This document shows positions 53,895-64,000 of a stretch of 64,000 nucleotides of DNA, in pieces. The stretch is from Eledone cirrhosa (lineage: Eukaryota), in assembly GCA_964016885.1 (NCBI GenBank), contig OZ024756.1:38130001-38194000 (forward strand), written 5' to 3'. The notes beneath the pieces were generated by a model. The model was not told the origin of the DNA and searched no databases. It saw nothing but the letters and a program-made list of their open reading frames with translations. Within the stretch, counting starts at the first letter, position 1, and every line of letters begins with the position of its first letter. The position numbers were made by a program, and so were the translations under genes.

Positions 53895-54295
53895 CAAGGG
53901 CCTTGTTTCAAGGGTGTACCAGGGGACAAGTTCCCCCCTGAACCAAGGACCTTGTTTCAGGGAGGTACCAGGATACAAGCCCCCCCCCCAAAGCAAGGGC
54001 TTTGCTTTAGTGGGGTACCAGGGTTCAAGTCCCTTCCCCCTGAACCAAGGGCCTTATTTTAGGGGGGTACCATGGGACAATCCTCCCCCCGCCATTTCCT
54101 TAAACAAGGGCCTTGTTTTAGGGGGGTACCAGGGGACAAGTCACCCCTGAACCAACGGCCTTGTTTCAGGGGGAGGTACCAGGAGACAAGCCCCCCCCTC
54201 CTGAACCAAGGGCCTTGTTTTAGTGGGGTACCAGGGGACAACCCCCCCCCCCCTGAACAGAAGCCTTGTTTCAGGGGGGTACCAGGAGCAAGACC
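53895..54295 (+). repeat. GC-rich ~50-bp minisatellite, 8 copies, each with an internal inverted repeat
   Basis: CCCCTGAACCAAGGGCCTTGTTTCAGGGG-GGTACC-AGGGGACAAG. Confidence 0.9.
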
Positions 54296-54525
54296 TTCCG
54301 CCACTTTTTCAAACGTCTATATTTTATTTTTTGTTTATTTGATAAAATAAATTCTTTTTAAGCTTTTATATCTGAACTTCATTTGAATATATAAAATTTA
54401 ATTAGCGTAAAATTTTACTTATTTGATAGGGTCCGGGAAAGGCAGCATAAGCAATTTATGCTCCTTTAAGAAGCGACAAATGTTGGTTTGTCCCCTTCAC
54501 ATTTTTAAGGCAAACGGGGCCCCTG

Positions 54526-54576
<51 letters not shown>

Positions 54577-54579
<3 letters not shown>

Positions 54580-54973
54580 GTTTTGCAAGGTTTTTGATAT
54601 GAAATTGTGTGTCGTCGAAACAAATATTGTTATACTTGGGGAGGGTCATATTGTTGTAATAATATTGCCAGAAATAATAACAGAACACACAAATGACGTA
54701 GACATACAATACAACAGGAGGAACATGATAGTACCACTGACCACTGATGGTGTTGCAGATGTGCAACGAAAGAACTTTGTTAGACTATATATATGTGTTT
54801 ATATCTGTATTTTTGACCGTTGGTCAGTCAATGATAAACATTGAGGACCAAACGAATTAACTGTGGAGATATAAAAGATACAGAAGCGAAAATCAACCAA
54901 ACAGTGAGTGTGTTCTGTTATTATTTCTGGCAATATTATTACAACAATATGACCCTCTCCAAGTATAACAATA
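54577..54973 (+). mobile_element. element H6 copy 2 (inverted tail joined to the hammerhead-bearing segment, core 54741-54779)
   Basis: 54622-54689 is the reverse complement of ~54908-54973; CUGAUGG-uGUUGCAgaugUGCAAC-GAAA-GAAC-UU-UG. Confidence 0.7.
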
Positions 54974-55014
54974 TATATATATATGTGTGTGTGTGTGTGC
55001 GTGTGCGTGTGCGT

Positions 55015-55045
<31 letters not shown>

Positions 55046-55070
55046 CGTGTGTGTGTGTGTGTATGTATAT

Positions 55071-55156
55071 ATACTACATTGAAAAGAAGAACAAAGATTG
55101 TTTATTAAATATAATATAATATAATTAAATCTTTGGTCTTCTTTTCAATGTAGTAT
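55071..55156. repeat. fold-back, 29-bp arms, next to a TG/TA tract
   Basis: ATACTACATTGAAAAGAAGAACAAAGATT and AATCTTTGGTCTTCTTTTCAATGTAGTAT (one mismatch). Confidence 0.75.
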
Positions 55157-55708
55157 TTGTTTATTGAAAGTTTACTTAAACTTCTAAAATAAGTATTTCA
55201 TACAAATAGAATTGTATGTAGTCTTCTGAGTTGTTTACTGTAATAAACCTCATATTTTGAGCTGTAATAATTTCTACACCTACCCTTATCTGTTGGGAGG
55301 TTTTTAAAGAAATATCAATATTTTAACCCTTTCGTTACCATATTTCTAATGAAAGACACTGCCTGTGATTTTCGGGTCGGTTTGAAAATCATCAATAACT
55401 TTGAGGAGCTTAGTAATATAACTAACTTTCCCCTTAATTAGTTGGTTTTCGCTACATAACTTCAAGATTCTTACATAATATTATGATGGAAGGGTTTTAG
55501 ATATCTATAAACACTTTAAACTTAAAATTAACAAAGAAAGGACAAGATAGCAAACGGAAACAAAACAAAACGAAAAACAATTTTTTAAGGGGAAAACATA
55601 AAAAAATTACTTTTTTAAAAATAAGTATACAGACGAAAGACACAGAAATCCAAGGTCATCGGCCGTTCAGGTGAACTTAGGCAGTTTTGACCTCTACCAA
55701 CAGTTCTG

Positions 55709-55944
55709 AAGGCGCATGGTTAGAGCATTGGGCTTGCAATCGTAAGGTTGTGAGTTCAATTCTCGGACCGTGTGATGTGTTGTTTCATTGAGCAAGACAC
55801 TTTATTTCACGTTCCTCCAGTTTACTCAGCTGTAGAAATGAGATGATAGGACTGGGGTCCCTATCATTAAATTACCAAAGACACCTCCAACGAGATATAC
55901 CTTGGAGGAGGCCAGCTAAACCTGCATAGGTGTGAGCTGTCACA
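55709..55944 (+). mobile_element. CORE-type SINE with extended tail
   Basis: Paralogue of 34919-35163. Confidence 0.8.
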
Positions 55945-56458
55945 CACACAAGTTCGTTACCATATTTCTAAATGACTGTCTGTGATTTTCTAATCATTTA
56001 CACTGTAAAAGAGACTTGATTTCAGTGTTTCTGTATGTCCTCCATTTGAACATTCTTTTGAAACTTAATATCGAATTAACTTACAAGTGGGTGAATATTC
56101 CACAGACACGTATAACATTAATATAGCTCTCAGGGAGATTCAGTTCAACAGAGTATGATATGACTGTCCCTTTGGTTTACACAGCAGTCCGTCTGAACGT
56201 CTTCCAATCTTCCAAACAGGTTCTAGCTATATAATTTCACTCATAAGACATGGATCGGTTATGTATATATATATATATGAATGTGTGTGTGTAAGTAGGA
56301 ATTCACGCACACACACATACACACATATATATATATATATATATAAACATACCAAAACCAGAGAGCCCTCATGGAGTTAATGTTTTGGATACGATTTTAA
56401 TATCTTGCAAAAGAACTAGAATCAAACAGAACATTACAAATATCACATTACATTACCA

Positions 56459-56491
<33 letters not shown>

Positions 56492-56804
56492 TATATACAT
56501 ACATACATACATGCATGCATACATACATACATACATACATACATACATACATACATACATACATACATACATACATACATACATACATACATACATTTTT
56601 ATTGTCACATGCCTATTGTATAGGTGAAAGATTGTATCAGATATTTATAATTCAACATGTAAACTATATAATTTATTTTTTTAATTATGGGCTTGAATTC
56701 TTCTAATTAGCTAGTCTAAGCTATAAAATCCTCATTAACAATTGGCCAATTATCTCGTTCATTGGTCTTTGAAAGGCTCTGTGTTTTATGTGTGTCATGT
56801 GAAG

Positions 56805-57103
<299 letters not shown>

Positions 57104-57270
57104 TGTGTTCTTGAGAATTGTATAAAAGAATTCTGAAACCTATGCTGAACGTTTCTTGATATAAAAGATTCAAATTTAATAAAAGTATTGATTGTAAAAA
57201 AAAAGATTTTTAAATATAACTGTTTCACCCATGAGTGAAATCATATATATCTCTCTTACCTCCTCTCTCT

Positions 57271-57889
<619 letters not shown>

Positions 57890-58102
57890 CTATATAAAAA
57901 TTGCCTCCTGTGCTTTGTTTGTTTCATTCATTAACTATATATATATACAGTTAATATATATATATATATATACAGTTAATATATATATATATATATGTAT
58001 ATGTACATATATATATATAATTATAAATTCATAAGTATATATATTCCTAAACATACACACACGCATATATGCACTCATATACATTTATATATTTACTCAC
58101 AT

Positions 58103-58139
<37 letters not shown>

Positions 58140-58140
58140 A

Positions 58141-58274
58141 GAAAGGAATTGTGGCAAGGAACCATATGGACCATAACGCACCAGAGTACTCAATACTTAG
58201 GGTAGTAGAGTGGGAAATAGGAAATAGCCGTCGAAACGGCTTGAGCTCTGCCGTCGGGGTCATACTTTTTCCTA
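58141..58274. mobile_element. element H5 copy (inverted tail plus 3' half of a hammerhead)
   Basis: Homologous to 61689-61885 and 63150-63263. Confidence 0.7.
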
Positions 58275-58440
58275 TATATATATAATAGTTTATTTTTCAA
58301 TAGTAGCGAAAATTCTTCTTTATTGTCGACAACCAGAAATGACTTGACATAATATAAGATTATTCGTTAGACATTACAAAACACGTTTCTCGTTTTGGGT
58401 CTCTGAAAAAAACTGATATGAATGTCAGAAGGACACACAC

Positions 58441-58541
<101 letters not shown>

Positions 58542-58682
58542 GACACACACACACTCACAGACACACACACAGACACACACACTCACATACACACACACTC
58601 AGACACACACACACACGCACACACACACATATATATATATATATTTATTTATTTATTTATTCATATATATATATATATATAT

Positions 58683-58732
<50 letters not shown>

Positions 58733-58739
58733 TAAGTAA

Positions 58740-58781
<42 letters not shown>

Positions 58782-58881
58782 GAAATAAATTTAGTTAAAT
58801 TAAATTAAATTATCCCTGTGATTGTTTCATGTGTGTTTATTTTAAATATATATATATATATATGTCAATCAATTTCTAGTT

Positions 58882-58952
<71 letters not shown>

Positions 58953-58983
58953 TCATATATATATATATTCATATATATATATA

Positions 58984-59030
<47 letters not shown>

Positions 59031-59043
59031 TCATATATATATA

Positions 59044-59085
<42 letters not shown>

Positions 59086-59117
59086 AAAATATATGAATAA
59101 ATAAATATATATATACA

Positions 59118-59307
59118 TAATTGTTTCTACTTTTTTGGCACAAGGCCAGCAATTACCCAGTGTATTACTGGTACTTTATTTTATCGACCCCGTAAGGATG
59201 AAAGGCAAAGCTAACCTCGGCGGGATTTGAACTCAGACCATAAAAGGCCGTAACTCTTTGCTACAAAGCATGGCGTCCGACCCTCTACTGATACTGCCAG
59301 TCCACCG
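59118..59307 (-). mobile_element. family A SINE, full length
   Basis: Reverse complement of the family A consensus. Confidence 0.9.
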
Positions 59308-59836
59308 ATATATATACATAATACATACATACATACATACATCTATATATACACATAATAATACATACATACTTACATATATATATATATTTATACATAT
59401 ACATATACACACCTCTCTCTCCCTCTCTCTCTCTCTTTCTCAGTGACTTGGCTTGATATATTCATATCTACTGAGATTCCTAATATGGAGTTATAGCAAT
59501 GTTTAAATTAAATTAAATACATTTTTTATGTTCTTTTGCCATCATCTATAAATTTTGATATTGAATTTTATAGTCGTGGAGGAAAACATGCTTACTTTGA
59601 CAGACGTCTCCTTCCCTCATATATTACTTCTTCTATTGTTATGTTATATACATAAACTCTACGTGTGTGTGTATGCCTGTATGTATATCTATACATATAT
59701 ATATATATATATTCATTAGTTAAGCAAAGACAAGGCCACACATTTCCCAAGGAAGACGTTATTTAAAGAAAGTCAACATAGTTTCAGTAAATGTGAGAAA
59801 TAAGGAGTATAATTATAATTTAATGTAAGGAATAAC

Positions 59837-59877
<41 letters not shown>

Positions 59878-60062
59878 GGAGTGTAATTATAATTGAATGT
59901 ACGGAATGTTAATAATGATTTCTTTATTAACCACAAGGGTTTACATAAAGTAGACATTAAGGACAGTGCAGGACAATGCAGGACGGTACGGAATGTTAAT
60001 AATGATAATAATAATGTCCGTTTACAATTGTTTCGCTACTCCATATAATGTTTCTGGATCAA

Positions 60063-60161
60063 TGAGGTTAACTTTGCCTTTCATCCTTACGGGGTCGATA
60101 AAATAAAGTACCAGTAATGTACTGGGTAATTGCTGGTCTTGTGCCTAAAATAGAAACAATT
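60063..60161 (+). mobile_element. family A SINE, 5'-truncated (a further stub at 61067-61130)
   Basis: Family A body and tail. Confidence 0.85.
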
Positions 60162-60683
60162 ATTGATCTGGTTCAGATAAAGATAAGTTACTTAGGTAAA
60201 AAATGGAGCGGTTCTTCAGAACTTCAAAGGATAATGAAAATATTTATAAATATACTATGGAATAAGAAATATAAAGTAAGTAAAGAAAGAAGGTTAAATG
60301 AATGTAATGTTCGATCTATGTTGACTTTCTTTAAATAATGTCTTCCTTGTGAAATTTGTGGTCTTGACTTTGCTTAACTAATGAATATTTCCAGCTCTGT
60401 GCATCTAATCTCTGCATGAACCCAGCCACCTAGCTGCCTTCCACTGCTTATTGCACATTGAGCACATGCCTTTACGCTTTGGCTTCTAACAAATTCACCA
60501 ATCTCTCTTCTCCTCGCCTATGTCCATCTCTCCCTTTAAGATTGGTTTACTCTTGAACTGTGTGTATATATATATATATGTATATATGTATATATATATA
60601 TATGTATATGTATCTATATATCTATATATCTATATATATACATATATATATATTATTATATTTTATATATATATATATATATA

Positions 60684-60724
<41 letters not shown>

Positions 60725-60726
<2 letters not shown>

Positions 60727-61062
60727 TTGTTTTGCAAGGTTTTTATATGAAATCGTGTGTCGAAACAAATATTGTTATACTTGGGGAGGGTCATATTGTT
60801 GTAATAATATTGCCAGAAATAATAACAGAACACCCTCACTGTTTGGTTGGTTTTCTCTTCTGTATCTTTTATATCTCCACAGTTAATTCATTTGGCCATC
60901 AATGTTTATCACTGACTGACCAACGGTCAAACATATAGATATAAATAGATATATATATATAGTCTAACAAAGTTCTTTCGTTGCACGTCTACAACATCAT
61001 CAATGGTACTATTATCATGTTTCCCCTGCTGTATTGTATGTATTATAATGCTTACGCCATTT
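60725..61062 (-). mobile_element. element H6 copy 3
   Basis: High identity to 27052-27322 and 54577-54973. Confidence 0.75.
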
Positions 61063-61632
61063 TAAAAAAAAATAAAGTACCAGTAATGTACTGGGTTATT
61101 GCTGGCCTTGTGCCAAAAGTAGAAACAATTCTTAATGACAGTTTCTGGTGGGTCAGTACAGAAATGGTTACGTATTTCAAATGTACCAAAAAAATTTTGA
61201 GTTTTTTTTAATTTAATTACTTTAAATTTTAACTGATGTTTGAAGGTAACCTTCGACTTTCAAACTATTTAAATTTTATCTGAATATTGTTTTATTTTTA
61301 CTGGATTATTTTTTGCCTTTTTTTAGTTATTATTTTCTTGACTTATATGAGTTTAATATTGTTCTTTTTAAATAATATATGAGGTCAAAATAGCTTAATC
61401 GATTGTAGATGATTGGTTTGTTCTTGTATTGATTTTTTCAGTGGACGAACGTATAAATGATAAATCAAACTGTATGATATATATTTAATGTTATATATTA
61501 TATACATAATATTGTATAATATATTATATAAGATATATGTATACATGTGTTATATGTTGTATATATGATATATTATAAGATATTATATAATATTTTATAT
61601 AATATCTCTCACTCTCCCTCCCTCTCTCTCTC

Positions 61633-61688
<56 letters not shown>

Positions 61689-61883
61689 GGAAAAGAGTCA
61701 GAACCCCGACGGCAGAGCTCAAGCCCTTTCGACAGCTATTTCTGGGTCCAGAAATAGCTGTCGAAACGGCTTGAGCTCTGCCGTCGGGGTTCTGACTCTT
61801 TTCCTATTACCCACTCTACTACCCGAAGTATCGAGTACTCTGGTGCATTATGGTCCACCTGGTTCCTTACCACACTTCCTTCG

Positions 61884-61885
<2 letters not shown>
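61689..61885 (+). mobile_element. fold-back element H5 (57-bp arms, 2-nt centre) carrying GAAA-stem III-GUC-stem I'
   Basis: 61689-61745 / 61748-61804; GAAA-CGGC-uugagcucu-GCCG-UC-GGGG. Confidence 0.75.
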
Positions 61886-61919
<34 letters not shown>

Positions 61920-61922
<3 letters not shown>

Positions 61923-62280
61923 AAAGTTCTATTTAAATTGTTGGGATACAACAAGCAAATATTTTTATAACTGATATAAAGCACTCAACAAATTATTGGA
62001 GTAAAAATACGATATTAACAAATGGAAACTATATTTATAAAACCATATTTATTTCATTATACATATTTCAAGGACACCAAGTTAAATTATGGTGTGCTTT
62101 CATCAGATAAAATATAATATAGAGCAGTTTTATGAATAAATATTGACATACCCTTAAAGAATGCGACCATTTCTGTTGGAAGCTCCAAGCACACCATAAT
62201 TTAACTTGGTGTCCTTGAAATATGTATAATGAAATAAACATGGTTTTATAAATATAGTTTCCATTTGTTAATATATCGTA
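61920..62280 (-). mobile_element. fold-back element H7 with hammerhead 62050-62114 (-) and ~88-bp inverted arms
   Basis: 62012-62099 / 62187-62274. Confidence 0.8.
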
Positions 62281-62287
62281 TATATAT

Positions 62288-62366
<79 letters not shown>

Positions 62367-62426
62367 TTTATATATATATATATTAATTCAAAATATTAAC
62401 AAAATAGGTATTCTTGTGATCAAGTA

Positions 62427-62493
62427 TATTTTATTATACATATTTCAGAGGTACTGAGTTAAGTTCAACAGTACGCCCTCATCAGATAAAATA
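62427..62493 (-). ncRNA. type I hammerhead ribozyme motif (H7-related)
   Basis: UAUUUUAU-CUGAUGA-GGGcGUACUG(loop)CAGUACcUCU-GAAA-UAUGUA-UA-AUAAAAUA. Confidence 0.75.
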
Positions 62494-62615
62494 AGATGAT
62501 GCATGACATACCCTGACATGGTAGATGGTTAAGATTCAGTCATGGTAGTGCTTCCAATCTATTGTAAAACTCATTCTTTGATGTATTCATTGAACCTTTT
62601 TTAACTTTTAAAAAA

Positions 62616-62714
<99 letters not shown>

Positions 62715-62900
62715 CATAATACGGTCGGATGTCTGTCATGTTACAAGCGTAGAGCTATCTTGAAAGATGATAATACTTCAACTTTTATCCCAGCGCCATT
62801 ACACCTCCCTTCGTAATAGCCGAAAACACAATGAGAGTCAGATACACACACACACACACACACATGTATACATATATACATACATACATATGTATGTATA

Positions 62901-63021
<121 letters not shown>

Positions 63022-63100
63022 TGTATATAATATATATACAGAGAAATAAACATATATATATATTTTAGATGTATATAATTTATATATACACATAGATATA

Positions 63101-63149
<49 letters not shown>

Positions 63150-63263
63150 GGATTAACAAATAATAGTTAAATGCAGTCCACTTAGGTGAAGTCCAGTTAT
63201 GGTATTCCAGGTATTGTGGTAAGGACGGCTTGAGCTCTGCCGTCGGGGTCATACTTTTACCTA
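63150..63263. mobile_element. element H5 copy 3
   Basis: ACGGCTTGAGCTCTGCCGTCGGGGTCATACTTTT joined to an inverted distal tail. Confidence 0.65.
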
Positions 63264-63339
63264 TATATATATGTGTGTGTGTGAGTATACATATATATAT
63301 ATTTTAGATGTATATAATTTATATATACACATAGATATA

Positions 63340-63488
<149 letters not shown>

Positions 63489-63759
63489 TATTTATTTATA
63501 TGAGATAGAGAGAGAAACAGTGAGATCAACCTCTAAAACAGTGTGGAAAATAATATGAAGCACCATAACAAAAGAAAAATGTCGTTGGTTGTTGATGTTA
63601 GTGATGTCTCCTTCCCCCACCGCCGCCATCATTGTACCCCCCCCCCCACCCTCTGTCTATATCGTCTGTCTTTGGTGATATAAAGTGTTATTGAACGTCT
63701 GGCCTCGCTCGTTGTAACGTCTGGCTGGAGTTGTTACGTCTGCTTGTTATTGTCTTTTA

Positions 63760-64000
<241 letters not shown>

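Overview
Repeat-saturated, gene-poor eukaryotic DNA. The SINE families present (one translating as 'MKGKVxLGGI' on the antisense strand, plus CORE-type SINEs) and the extreme microsatellite load point to an octopod cephalopod (Octopus/Argonauta-like); this assignment is from recall, not a search. I recognise no host protein-coding exon, and nearly all listed ORFs are translations of simple repeats. The window holds about 20 copies of a tRNA-derived SINE, six CORE-type SINEs, decayed fragments of five non-LTR retrotransposon types (CR1-like, RTE-like, Tx1/L1-like, R4/Dong-like, CRE-like), a mariner-type MITE and many minisatellites, two of them visibly seeded by transposon ends. The main hidden signal is a set of at least seven unrelated short (100-400 bp) families in or beside (TA)n tracts. 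They are usually folded back or inverted on themselves and carry type I hammerhead-ribozyme cores (stem I-CUGAnGA-stem II-GAAA-stem III-UH-stem I'), with compensatory stem changes in one family. They look like non-autonomous Penelope-like (pLTR) or retrozyme-type insertions that target TA microsatellites and sometimes duplicate 45-120 bp of flank. Secondary signals are an apparent partitioning of retroelements among microsatellite classes and an excess of YY1/Pho motifs next to GA tracts. All structures were derived by eye and have not been folded or searched computationally.
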